Below, piece after piece: positions 43,580 to 53,680 of a stretch of DNA of 64,000 bases. The notes below the pieces were generated by a model that saw nothing but the letters and a program-made list of their open reading frames with translations, was not told the DNA's origin and ran no database searches. How positions within the stretch are numbered: the stretch's first letter is position 1; every line of letters starts with the position of its first letter. The translations under genes and the position numbers were made by a program. The DNA lies in contig CAWCPV010000018.1 of NCBI GenBank assembly GCA_963797555.1, forward strand, positions 10,509 through 74,508. The letters are read 5' to 3'. This DNA is from an uncultured Gammaproteobacteria bacterium. Lineage in GTDB: Bacteria; Pseudomonadota; Gammaproteobacteria; CAWCPV01.

Positions 43580-44831
43580 CCCCTACGACGTGGCGATTGT
43601 CGGCGGCGGTCTGACCGGCGCCGCACTGGCCTGCGCCCTGCGCGGCCATCACCGACGCATCGCGCTCGTGGATGCATCTGTGCCCCGCAGCACAGCGGTT
43701 AGCGCGCCGGGGGGGTCGTTCGCACCCATCGATCAATCCGCCTTCGATGCGCGCACCATTTCTTTGGCTTACGGGTCCCGGCGCATATTGGAAGGTATGG
43801 GCCTGTGGAATGCGCTAGCGGACCATGCAACCCCCATCCGCCACGTGCATGTCTCGGACCGCGAAGGGTTCGGCTTCACGCGTATGGACGCTCGCGCGAG
43901 CGGCGTGCAGGCCCTCGGATACGTTGCGGAGGCCGAGTTCCTGGGGGCGGTTATGGCCCGAGCCGTGGCCGAGAGTCCTGACATCGAATGGATCCCAGGT
44001 GCGCGCGTCGTCACCTTCGTGGCTGGACCTCAGGCCGCCGAGATCGAGGTGGAACGGGCCGGAGCCCGTCATCGTCTTTGCGCGCGTTTAGTGGTGGGCG
44101 CGGACGGGGGCGACTCCACAGTACGAGAATGCGCTGGCATACGGACGGTGCGCCGCGAATACGGTCAGACCGCCGTCGTGACCACCGTCACCCCGCAGCG
44201 TGCCCACCACGGCTGGGCGTTCGAGCGCTTCACCCCCACGGGTCCGCTGGCGCTCCTGCCCCTGTCACATGACCGCTGCGCGGTCGTGTGGTGTGCCCGC
44301 AACGATGAAACGGAGGGGCTGCTGGCTCTGAGCGATGCCGAGTTCCTGGATGCGTTGGGGGAACGCTTCGGTGGGCGTCTTGGGCGCTTTCTGCGCGTGG
44401 GAGCACGCCAGAGCTACCCCCTCGTTCTTATTTGGGCGACGGAGCAGGTACGCCCTCGGTTGGTGCTCCTGGGGAACGCCGCGCACACCGTCCACCCCGT
44501 AGGCGCCCAGGGATTCAACTTGGCGTTGCGGGACGTCGCCGCGTTGGCGGAGTCGGTGCACGAGGCTGTTCGGCGAGGGGAGGACCCGGGGGAGGAGTCT
44601 CGCCTGCACCTCTATGAGCAGCAGCGCCATCGCGACCAGCGCCAGGTTGTGGCCTTTACGGAGGGAGTGGCCCGATTGTTCTCCAGCGATTTCGGCCCGT
44701 TGCGGATCGCCCGCAACCTAGGCTTGGTGGCCCTCGACCTGTTGCCGACTGTCAAACGCCGAGTCGTGCGCCGTGCGATGGGCCTGAATGGCCGCCAACC
44801 TCGGCTGGCCCGGGGTTTACCTCTCGCATGA
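43572..44831 (+). CDS. ubiH: 2-octaprenyl-6-methoxyphenol hydroxylase
   Basis: GGGLTG, GADG..S.VR, AFERFT..GPLALLP, GNAAHT.HPVG.QGFNL.LRD; follows pepP. Confidence 0.88.
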   Translation: MPDPYDVAIVGGGLTGAALACALRGHHRRIALVDASVPRSTAVSAPGGSFAPIDQSAFDARTISLAYGSRRILEGMGLWNALADHATPIRHVHVSDREGFGFTRMDARASGVQALGYVAEAEFLGAVMARAVAESPDIEWIPGARVVTFVAGPQAAEIEVERAGARHRLCARLVVGADGGDSTVRECAGIRTVRREYGQTAVVTTVTPQRAHHGWAFERFTPTGPLALLPLSHDRCAVVWCARNDETEGLLALSDAEFLDALGERFGGRLGRFLRVGARQSYPLVLIWATEQVRPRLVLLGNAAHTVHPVGAQGFNLALRDVAALAESVHEAVRRGEDPGEESRLHLYEQQRHRDQRQVVAFTEGVARLFSSDFGPLRIARNLGLVALDLLPTVKRRVVRRAMGLNGRQPRLARGLPLA

Positions 44832-44911
44832 TGATATGGGTGCTAGCGTGAACATGAAACCCCCCAGAACTCCTCTGCGTGCAGTGGATTTGACTATCGT
44901 TCCACGGCTTC

Positions 44912-46153
44912 TTGGGGAGTAGCTTGACCGCCGCCGACCACGACATCGTCATCGTGGGCGCAGGCCTGGTCGGTCTGACGCTCGCCTGTGCTCTGCAAGA
45001 AGGCCCCTGGGACATCGCAATCGTCGAAGCCGGCGAAGCCGAAGAAGCCGACGAAGACGGCTCCGAGGCGCCGTTTGACGTCCGCGTCTCAGCCGTGAGC
45101 CGCGCGTCCGAGCGCGTGTTCGCTGCGCTGGGTGTCTGGCGGGAGATGGAGGCTCTGCGCGTGACGCCATTTCGGGAAATGCACGTCTGGGATGCCAACG
45201 GGCGGGGCTCCATCCACTTCGATAGCGCGGATATCGGGGAAGAGAGGCTGGGGTGCATTGTGGAGAACCGGGTCATGCGTGGGGCGCTATCGAGGCGTCT
45301 GTCTTCAGGACGCCGGCTGACCTGGTACCGGCCTGCGCAGGTGCACGCGCTGGAGCTGCGGGACAACCACTGGGATGTGTCGCTCGATACCGGGGAAACC
45401 ATCCGAGGCCGGCTGGTGGTGGGGGCGGACGGGGTCGATTCCCGCGTACGCCTCCTGGCGGGCCTGCGGGCTACCGGCTGGCGCTACGAACAGCGGGCGC
45501 TGGTTGCGAACGTTCAAACCTCCCGATCTCATGGAGACACCGCCTGGCAGGTGTTCCTCCCCACGGGTCCACTCGCCTTTCTGCCCATGCCGGAGAATTA
45601 CAGCGCCATCGTGTGGAGCACCACGCCTGCAGAGGCGCAGCGTTTGGCGTCCCTGGACGCGGATGCATTCCTGGCCGATTTGCAACTGGCCTTCGGCGCA
45701 CGCCTCGGCCGTATGCTGAGCACGGGTCCCCGTGCCACGTTCCCGCTGCGCATGCTCCACGCCAAGAGCTACGTCGCACCACGCGCCGCCTTGGTCGGCG
45801 ACGCGGCTCACACCATCCATCCACTGGCCGGGCAGGGCCTGAATCTGGGTCTCCTGGACGCAGCGGTCCTGGCCGAGCTGTTGCTCGGGGAAGGGTCGGA
45901 GGGTCGGGATCCCGGTGCCCTGCACACCCTTCGGCGATACGAGCGCTGGCGAAAGGGCGACAACATGGTCATGCTCGCGGCGCTGGAGGGCTTCCACCGG
46001 CTGTTCGGGAGCCGCACCTTGCTGGTGACCCATCTGCGCAACTGGGGGCTGACGCTGACAGACCTTGCCGGCCCGCTCAAGAACATGATCATGCGTCATG
46101 CGACCGGGCTGACGGGGGACCTTCCGCGGCTGGCCCGCGCATCCAACGTGTAA
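44912..46153 (+). CDS. ubiI: UbiI/VisC-family FAD monooxygenase
   Basis: GAGLVG, FD.RVSA, GDAAHTIHPLAGQG.NLG, LRRYERWRK; follows ubiH. Confidence 0.82.
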   Translation: MGSSLTAADHDIVIVGAGLVGLTLACALQEGPWDIAIVEAGEAEEADEDGSEAPFDVRVSAVSRASERVFAALGVWREMEALRVTPFREMHVWDANGRGSIHFDSADIGEERLGCIVENRVMRGALSRRLSSGRRLTWYRPAQVHALELRDNHWDVSLDTGETIRGRLVVGADGVDSRVRLLAGLRATGWRYEQRALVANVQTSRSHGDTAWQVFLPTGPLAFLPMPENYSAIVWSTTPAEAQRLASLDADAFLADLQLAFGARLGRMLSTGPRATFPLRMLHAKSYVAPRAALVGDAAHTIHPLAGQGLNLGLLDAAVLAELLLGEGSEGRDPGALHTLRRYERWRKGDNMVMLAALEGFHRLFGSRTLLVTHLRNWGLTLTDLAGPLKNMIMRHATGLTGDLPRLARASNV

Positions 46154-46286
46154 CAGGCGCCGGGTCCAGCTTCACTTTCTTTGTCCTGCACGCTGCGTCC
46201 GATCGTGTTTCACGACGTGTTTATGGTTCACGGGAATGATCGAGTGTGGGCTCGGGGTGGCGTATGAGCCGATGAAAGAGCTTAGA

Positions 46287-46515
46287 CCTGAATCCGTGAC
46301 TCCAGGCCCTCCGGCAGGCGAGACGAGGGAGAAGGGCAGGTATTCTCAGCTAGGTTGGTCAGTTTTCAGCCAACTGGTGATCCTGACTGCGCAGAGCGGG
46401 CTTGAATCCTCGGTGGCGAAGGGGGTTCTTGGCGGAGTCGGGGCCCATGGCGCTGAATTGCGGGCATCGGAGGTCGTAGGCCAATACCGCAAAGGCGAGC
46501 ACCAAATCGTTGGTG
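46287..46515 (-). mobile_element. Diverged IS1380 right-end remnant
   Basis: CCTGAATCCGTGACT end and TNDLVLAFAVLAY; homologous to the full copies. Confidence 0.7.
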
Positions 46516-46549
46516 CCTGTCTCACTCGGACGTGGTACGCAGGTAGTAG

Positions 46550-46680
46550 CCAACCCTGAGCATGATCGGCGGCTGCGTGGGCGCTTTTCGGCCGAGGACA
46601 AGCGACGTGTCTTGGCCGAGGCTTCCAGTGAGCATGGGAGCACTGGCGGCGCTGCTGCGCCGGGAGCGCAGTATCATTCC
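46550..46680 (+). mobile_element. IS3-type orfA remnant
   Basis: RRLRGRFSAEDKRRVLAEA...GALLRRE..YHS. Confidence 0.5.
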
Positions 46681-46692
46681 AGTGTTCCTGCG

Positions 46693-47414
46693 CTAATTAT
46701 TCTGCCCGTGATCCCCGTGTCCCTGATCCCCGTGTCCCTGATCCCCGTGTCCTGAGCCCCATGTCCCTGAGCCCCATGTCCCTGAGCCCCGTGTCCCTGA
46801 GCCCCGTGTCCCTGAGCCCCATGTCCCTGAGCCCCATGTCCCTGAGGTCCGTAAATCTGAGATCCGTGCCCCTGAGATCCGTAACTCTGCTGATCCCCGT
46901 GCCCGTGATCCCCGTGCCCGTGATCCCCGTGCCCCTGAGACCTGTAACCCTGAGATCCATGCCCCTGAGCCCGGTAACTCTGAGATCCGTGCCCGTAATG
47001 CCCGTGATCCCCTCTTCTGCGGTAATCCTTGTCCCATTGCCCATAAGGGATGTGCCGTTCTTTCCCGTAGCGGGTCCGGTAATCCCTCGGAACGCGGAAC
47101 ACTGGGGCGGGTACGTAACGGCGCTCCACGGTCCCCCACGGCCCGTTGTACGCGCGCGCACGGTACCACCGGTCCCCGCGCGGAGACCACCACCAGCCGT
47201 TGTAGAAGAAGACGTCGAAGTTCAATTGCGGCACGAAATAGACCTGGGAATTGGGGACCAGGACTACCGCCGGCGGTTCGGCGACCATGATCGGCGGGGG
47301 GCCGAGGTTGATGCTGATGCTCACTTGCGCCTCCGCCTCCCGAGTCCCGCCACAGACGAACAGCGCGCAGAGAATCGCAGCCGATACCGATACGCCGTAC
47401 CTATGTCCTCGCAT
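46693..47414 (-). CDS. Exported protein with aromatic N-domain and GHGxQ pentapeptide tail (-1 slip near the 3' end)
   Basis: Signal peptide; VPNSQVYF.P...FFYNGWWW...GPW; 15-bp tandem repeats; restoring one G gives ...GHGDQGHGDHGQNN*. Confidence 0.7.
46706..47010 (-). repeat. 15-bp coding tandem repeat (GGACA[CT]GGGG[CA]TCAG)
   Basis: About 9 near-perfect units at 46706..46845 plus degenerate units up to ~47010. Confidence 0.9.
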
Positions 47415-48002
47415 CTCAATCTCCCTGGTGACCCTGGGCCGCACTGGCAGAATCTTGCCGAGCGGTCGATTGAAGCACGCCGCGCCGGCACCGTCAACGG
47501 CCGCGTGCATCAGGTATCCGAGCGCCTCTCTGGACTCCGTTGAGGCGAGTCCCCGTTCGGCCAGCCCCAGCCTTGACTCCGCGTCTGGTCTAGGCAAGGA
47601 TACCGTCCCATCGTGCCGGCTGGGACGGCCATCCGCTGGGCATAAGGTTCTGTGCGCAACTCGGGGGTGAGTTGCGGGCCCGTTCGAAGTCGAGAGCACC
47701 CAACCCGAAGCCGGCGTTGGGAGGGCCTGACCCTCTTCGATATCCGCGGCGAGGGGGTGGGAGAAGACGCGGACGGGGAACGCCCTGGAAGAGACCACGC
47801 CAGAGATTGCTCCACGGGCCGTGCAGCTCGGGAGCAGGCTTGCTGGGCCGACTGCCGACGCGGTGAGGGCCGGGCGACACGGATGAGTGAACCGCCTTGG
47901 GGCGCGCCGGCGTCTCGGAAGTCGAGGTCAGAGACGAAAGGATGGCCCGCAGAGGGGCTGGTGGAACAGCGACAAGGCGCATGCGGTCAACGGAGGGGAG
48001 CC

Positions 48003-48275
48003 ATGAGTTTCATGGACAAGGTGCAAACAGTCCTGAGCAAGACCAAGAACGGCATCCGGGACTTTGTGGAGACCGCCAAGGTCAAACACGAGGTCCGCAA
48101 GCTGAACGATCGCAAGACGGCGCTGCTCAGCGAAATCGGGCGCCGCGTGTACGCCTTGTATGGCCAGCCCAATGCCGTGGCCGAGGTGGACGCACAATGC
48201 AAGGAGATCAAGGACATCGACGAGCAGATTACGGGGAAAGGGAACGAGATCGCGCGCATCAACACGCGGACTTGA
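48003..48275 (+). CDS. Small coiled-coil hypothetical protein
   Basis: RBS GGAGG; MSFMDKV...EIGRRVY..Y...C.EIK.IDEQI. Confidence 0.6.
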   Translation: MSFMDKVQTVLSKTKNGIRDFVETAKVKHEVRKLNDRKTALLSEIGRRVYALYGQPNAVAEVDAQCKEIKDIDEQITGKGNEIARINTRT

Positions 48276-48589
48276 AACGTGGCGATGTCAAATCCGTGGG
48301 ACATGGCTCAGGTCTTGTCAACAAATCACCGCCGCCGTCGGATGGTCGGCTGGACACTTGGGTTGCACGGGACTCCCCGGGGCGCGCGGCCTTCCTGGTG
48401 CGGCTGCGGAACGCGGCTGCAGTGGCTGCGCTCACCGTGGCTCGGGTTTCCGAGAGGCGGAGCCACGGTGGGCGGTCTCCATCCATGGAATGAAGGCTGA
48501 TACGTGACCCCCAGCCCCTTTCCGGCGAGGGGGAACGTGGGCTAGCTACCCCGCTGGCGCTCTTGCGTCGATGCGGGAGGACCTGGGGG

Positions 48590-49765
48590 TCAGTGGCCGA
48601 TTCGCCCCTGGAGGTCGGCCGGCGTAAACGGACCGGGCTGCGCGATCAGCTCGCGGGCGGCATCCACCTTCCCCCAGACGTCCCAGAGCAGGACCCCACG
48701 GACCCTGCCGTCGCGGAGGTAGTACAGGATGCCCTTGCGGAACGGCTCCTGCCAGTCGGTCACCACGTCGAGGCGGGAGTCCACCTCGCCCACGGCCTCG
48801 TAACCCAGCTCGAACAGGTCGGAATAGAAGAAGGGCAGGTGATCGTATTCGACCTTCTCACCCACCAAGGCCCGACCAGCAGCGTCGCCCATGGTGTTGG
48901 CGTTGTCCTCGTGCTCCACGCGCAGGCGCTTCTCCAGGGCGGGGTTGTAAAAGGCCGCCACATCTCCCGCGGCGAAGATGTCCTCGTGACTGGTGCGCAG
49001 CCCTCGATCGACGACGATGCCGTTGTCGACATCCAGGCCTGCCCGCTCGGCAAGCTCCGTGTTGGGGCGGATCCCCAGGCCCGCCACCACCGCATCCACG
49101 GTGAAACGTCCCGATCCCGTGCGCAGCGACACCCGTCGCTCTTGCCGCTCCAAACCCTCCACGCTCGCCCCGGGACGAACGTCGACGCCCTTCTCACGGT
49201 AATAGTCGTTGAGGAAGCGGGTCAGGTCCGGGGGAAACGTACGAGCGCCGATGCCCTCTTCAGGAAACAGCATGGTCACGCGCTTGCCGTTCATGGCAAG
49301 AGCGGCGGCAATCTCGGAGCCGATGAAACCACCTCCCACGACACCGAAGTGCTCCCTGCCGTCCGCCAGCTCGCGCAGCTTGCGATAATCCTGAAGAGTG
49401 CGGAAGTATATGATGGAGTCGCCGCCGAACGGCAGCTCGCGGGGAGTGCCACCCGTGGCCAGGAGCAGGCGGTCGTAGGTGTACGTGTCACCCTGGCCGT
49501 CCGTGACCCGCCTGGAGGCCGGGTCGAGGTCGGCGGCGGTGCGACGGAGATGCAATACCGCGTCCAGATCCTCGACAGGCCGCCAGATCTTCTCCAGGGG
49601 TTTGCCCTTCCACAGGCCCTTGCTGAGGGGAGGGCGGTTGTAGGGCGGATCGGGCTCTGCGCCGATGATGCCGATGGACGCTCCCCGGTCGGTCCGGCGA
49701 ATGCTGGTTGCGGCCGCGTGGGCGGTCATGCCGCCGCCGATGATGAGGTATCGGTAGTGCGTCAT
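48590..49765 (-). CDS. FAD-dependent pyridine nucleotide-disulfide oxidoreductase (ferredoxin reductase/AIF-like)
   Basis: IIGGG, PYNRPPLSKGLW, LLATGG, VGGGFIGSE, FAAGDVA, PFFYSD. Confidence 0.9.
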   Translation of the reverse strand: MTHYRYLIIGGGMTAHAAATSIRRTDRGASIGIIGAEPDPPYNRPPLSKGLWKGKPLEKIWRPVEDLDAVLHLRRTAADLDPASRRVTDGQGDTYTYDRLLLATGGTPRELPFGGDSIIYFRTLQDYRKLRELADGREHFGVVGGGFIGSEIAAALAMNGKRVTMLFPEEGIGARTFPPDLTRFLNDYYREKGVDVRPGASVEGLERQERRVSLRTGSGRFTVDAVVAGLGIRPNTELAERAGLDVDNGIVVDRGLRTSHEDIFAAGDVAAFYNPALEKRLRVEHEDNANTMGDAAGRALVGEKVEYDHLPFFYSDLFELGYEAVGEVDSRLDVVTDWQEPFRKGILYYLRDGRVRGVLLWDVWGKVDAARELIAQPGPFTPADLQGRIGH

Positions 49766-50805
49766 GGCTCTCTCCTTGGTCTCTGGTTGGTGAGGCGTTA
49801 CAAGAGCTTAGATGCCCTCAGTCGGCGAAGTATCCGGCGCCATGCGCTAGGCCTGCGTCGGCACGGTGTGGCGCGCGTGGTTGAAAACACATGCCTGGCG
49901 GTGCCTTTGGCCCGGAATTGCCCGCCGCCGTGCGCCATGACCCAGGGCCAGGTGCGGTATCCGGCGAACGCAGGTCGGCACGAAGCTTCGCGTCTCCTCC
50001 GAGCGCACGAGCGAGAGTTAGACTGCAGCCTTGCGCGGCCGAAACGCAATAGTCCGCAGATCGCGCCACCGGCTCTCGGCTCGAATCAGAGCTTGCCAGG
50101 AAATGGGCGCGGGGGGCCGGTAAGCAAGCCGCACGGAGCGCAGCGCCGAGAAATAGCAAGTCCATAGGCGAGGAGCGACCGGATGGCAGAACAGCCATTC
50201 GGCACGTGCGCAGGACGCCCCGAAGCGGTGGCGTACAGGGAGGTACGCCATGACCACCGCGCAACACCGCTGTCGGGACGCGGAGCACACCTATTCGCAA
50301 GCTCTCGGCCTGGCGGCGAGATGCTCCCCGGCAGTGTAGGCGAACGCTGGGCCGCAGCCCGCAACACAGAGACAGGCGCCGTGGCAGGTCGAAATGCGGG
50401 AGTGCACGAGGGCGATGGTCGGACTCCACGCGGACCGGATCGTCCGAGGACCCGGCCGGGCGCTCCCAGCCGCCCGCGCATCCAGCGGGCTGGTGGTGAG
50501 ACCGAGTCATCAAGGCTCCGGGTGTTCGCGGTACGCCAGGCACGGGCCGCCCTGTCACCGGCCGCACAAAGGCGCTACCGCAAGCGCGAAGCCGGGGTCC
50601 GACGCATCCCGTTGTGCCAACCCAGCCTACCTGTGGGGCCGTCGGACCAAGACCGTCGCACACCGAACGGCGTGTGACGCCCAGATTGTATCTGCCTTGC
50701 CTGTGGCCTATTCTCACCTCGCAGGTGAGGCACCTGCAGGCCGCCGGCTACGTCAGAGTTTCCACGGAGGGCCAATCCGGCCCACCTTTCAGAATAGGCG
50801 ACGCG

Positions 50806-51813
50806 ATGAATGATAAGGCATGGGTTGCAAAGGCGGCGAAACAGCCGATGGTGCTGGAAACCGTTGATCTTGGACCGCTCGGGGTCGAGGACATTGAAGT
50901 CGCTGTCGAACACAGCGGTTTGTGTCACTCCGATCTCTCGGTCTTGAACAATGACTGGGGCATTTCGCAGTACCCCGCGATTCTCGGCCACGAGGTCATC
51001 GGTCGGGTCACGGCCATAGGTCCGAATGCCAAGGGTCTCAAGGTCGGACAGCGCGTCGGCGTCGGCTGGAACTCGGGGAGCTGCATGCACTGTCAGCAGT
51101 GCATGTCGGGAAGCCATCACCTTTGCCCGCAAGTGCAACCGACGATCGTCGGTCATCGCGGCGGGTTCGCGACCCACCTCCGCTCGCACTGGGCTTGGGC
51201 CTTCCCGCTCCCGGAAAAGCTGAACTTCGCCGAAGCCGGGCCGCTCTTGTGTGGGGGCATCACCGTCTTCGCGCCGCTGGCGATGTACGCCAAGCCGACC
51301 GACCGGGTGGGCATCATCGGCATCGGCGGGTTGGGCCACATGGCAGTCAAATTCGCGGCGGCCTATGGGTGCGAGGTGACCGCGTTCACCTCGAGCGAGA
51401 GCAAGTGCGATGAAGCCAAAGGTTTCGGGGCGAATCACGTCGTGTCGAGCAAGGACTCGGCGGCGATCAAGAAACTCGGCGGCAGCTTCGACCTCCTGAT
51501 CAGCACCGTCAACGTGAAGCTCGATTGGGACGCGATGATCGCCGCGCTCGCGCCCAACGGGCGGTTTCACGTCGTCGGTGCCGTGCTTGAACCCATTCCG
51601 GTCGCGGCGTTCTCGCTCATCGTGCAGCAGCGCAGCGTCTCGGGTTCGCCGACTGGCTCGCCGGTGGCGATCCAGACGATGCTCGACTTTGCTTCACGGC
51701 ACAATGTCGCACCGCAGACCGAGCACTTCCCGATGAGCCATATCAACGAGGCCTTCGCCCGACTTGAATCAGGCAAGGCCCGTTACCGCATCGTGCTGGA
51801 CGCGGATTTCTGA
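50806..51813 (+). CDS. Zn-dependent NADPH aldehyde reductase (Ahr/YjgB-like)
   Basis: GLCHSD, GHEVIG, C..C..C.......C, LLCGG.TVF, GIGGLGH, ARYRIVL. Confidence 0.9.
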   Translation: MNDKAWVAKAAKQPMVLETVDLGPLGVEDIEVAVEHSGLCHSDLSVLNNDWGISQYPAILGHEVIGRVTAIGPNAKGLKVGQRVGVGWNSGSCMHCQQCMSGSHHLCPQVQPTIVGHRGGFATHLRSHWAWAFPLPEKLNFAEAGPLLCGGITVFAPLAMYAKPTDRVGIIGIGGLGHMAVKFAAAYGCEVTAFTSSESKCDEAKGFGANHVVSSKDSAAIKKLGGSFDLLISTVNVKLDWDAMIAALAPNGRFHVVGAVLEPIPVAAFSLIVQQRSVSGSPTGSPVAIQTMLDFASRHNVAPQTEHFPMSHINEAFARLESGKARYRIVLDADF

Positions 51814-52056
51814 TCCGCTTGACCATCCAATTTTTTCCAGTGACAAGACGTTTTCGAGCCTCTGGGGGCCGCCTCGTTCTAGCCTTCTGAGATTCACCGA
51901 TCTCGCCGATGGGACCGACGTGTTCGGCCCCATAGAGGATGCTATCCAGAGCCGGGTGCCCAGCCGCGACGGCTTTTTGTACGATGGCCCCCGACACCGC
52001 AAGAACACCAGGAGGAGGGCGATCGATCGTCCATCCAGGGTCGCTGTGGGTTCGGT

Positions 52057-52920
52057 CTAGTCGTGCTGGTAGGCGGGCAAGCTGGCCCCACAGTTCTTGC
52101 AGAACTTCGCGTCGGCATCGTGGCCTTCGGAAAGACACACGGTGCAGGTGCGGGTCGTCGGGGGGCTCGGTCGCATCGCTTGTGCCGCGATCTCAGCGGT
52201 CACGATGCCGGTGGGTACGGCCAGTATGCTGTAGCCGAGGAGCATCACCAGGGACGCGATCCCCTGCCCCAGGGGCGTGCGCGGGGTCACGTCTCCGTAG
52301 CCGGTGGTCGTGACCGTAACGATGGCCCAGTAGATGCTCGTCGGAATGCTCGTGAAGCCGTTGGCCGGTCCCTCGATGACATACATCAGGGTGGCGAGAA
52401 TCACCACCAACATCAGCACGGTGGTGGTGAACACGGCGATCTTGCGGCGGCTCGCAACCACAGCGCGCATCAGCAGCCGCGACTCCTCCAAGTACTGCAC
52501 CATCTTGAAGACCCGGAACACCCGCAGCAAGCGCACGGTGCGGATGGTCATCAACGCCGGTGCGCCAGACAGAACAAGCGCTACATAGGTGGGGAGGACC
52601 GCCAGTAGATCGATGATCCCGTAGAGGCTCGTGGCGTAGCGCCAGGGGCGGCGCACGCTTGCCAGGCGCAGCAAGTACTCCACCGTGAAGAGCGCCGTGA
52701 AAAACCACTCCAGAGCAGCGAGCAGGGATCGGTGCGAGCTGGATATGCTGTCCACGCTGTCCAGCATAACGACCAGGACGCTGGCCAGGATCGCCAGGAG
52801 CAGTCCCGTGTCGAACGCGCGACCGGCGCGCGTATCCGCCTCGAAGATGATGACGTAGAGCCGGTGTTGCCAGCCCGTTTCCGGCTTGCCAAAGCTGGGC
52901 GCGTACATCGAGCCTCCCAT
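52057..52920 (-). CDS. Voltage-gated K+ channel-like ion transporter
   Basis: S4 RTVRLLRVFRVFK; pore TTTGYGD; C-terminal C..C...H...A.FCK.CG. Confidence 0.9.
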   Translation of the reverse strand: MGGSMYAPSFGKPETGWQHRLYVIIFEADTRAGRAFDTGLLLAILASVLVVMLDSVDSISSSHRSLLAALEWFFTALFTVEYLLRLASVRRPWRYATSLYGIIDLLAVLPTYVALVLSGAPALMTIRTVRLLRVFRVFKMVQYLEESRLLMRAVVASRRKIAVFTTTVLMLVVILATLMYVIEGPANGFTSIPTSIYWAIVTVTTTGYGDVTPRTPLGQGIASLVMLLGYSILAVPTGIVTAEIAAQAMRPSPPTTRTCTVCLSEGHDADAKFCKNCGASLPAYQHD

Positions 52921-53029
52921 GTCTGCAGCGTGGCGGCGCTATCCTAGCATCCGCTGCCGCTCGAACCTGGAGGCTATCGGTTGTAGCTTCGCCGCCGGGT
53001 CTAAACCGGGATTTCGGAGAAACGGTAAG

Positions 53030-53113
53030 CCCCGCAAGTGGCGGCCTGGCTATTCATCCGAGGCGCAGAGAACTGCACCGTGGGAGTGGAGGCATCATGC
53101 GCGCTCACACTGA
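53030..53113 (+). pseudogene. Second thermonuclease C-terminal remnant
   Basis: EAQRTAPWEWRHHAR; DNA homologous to 29360..29432. Confidence 0.5.
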
Positions 53114-53389
53114 AGGCCGCCTGCTTTCTGCCCCGCCGGTCCGGAGAGAAACCCCCGGCAACCCGCTTAGCTCTCTATCTTTCGATGGCTGCTTCCGACC
53201 CACAACGGCCATTGGCGTCCGGCACGACATCGGCAGCAACGTGGCGGAGAGGGGACATGCGGATGCAGTGCACCCAAGTGCACCCAGCGGAGCGCAAAAC
53301 GCGTTGCAGGCCGGACACTCAACGACGATAGCCCGCATGGGCCGGCCCATTCGACCGGACTACGAGCTGGTAAGCCTCGCCACGGAGCC

Positions 53390-53495
53390 TGTCCGCAAGG
53401 GCGACGGCAGCGTTCGCGCAACTCGCCGGGAAACCCCAACCGTATCCCTCAAGACTACCCTTCCCCCACAGTGACGCGGTTGAATTTCGTATCCT
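53390..53495 (+). mobile_element. ISCR/IS91-type oriIS end remnant
   Basis: AGCCTGTCC.CAAGGG..GGCAGCGTTCG and CAAGACTACCCTTC...GGTTGAATTTCGTATCC shared with the other two copies. Confidence 0.55.
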
Positions 53496-53680
53496 TCGGG
53501 CCTGGCTCGCCCGCGTCCATCACTGTCTCACCACTTGACCAGCGCGCCAGCCGCAGGCGACGATCAAACTTGAGCCGGGCTGCTCGAACTCTTACCCTTC
53601 AGGAACCGAGGGAGCGCTCTGACCGGTTTTAGCCTCCTCGATATACGGCGGGGAGCGTCGGGCGCGCAGGGAAGATCGCG

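Noticed and set aside
46706-47010. Possible CRISPR array
   Set aside because: 15-bp head-to-tail coding repeats with no unique spacers and no cas genes.
49766-50805. 1-kb region with several overlapping ORFs
   Set aside because: No convincing RBS, motif or repeat structure; left unannotated.
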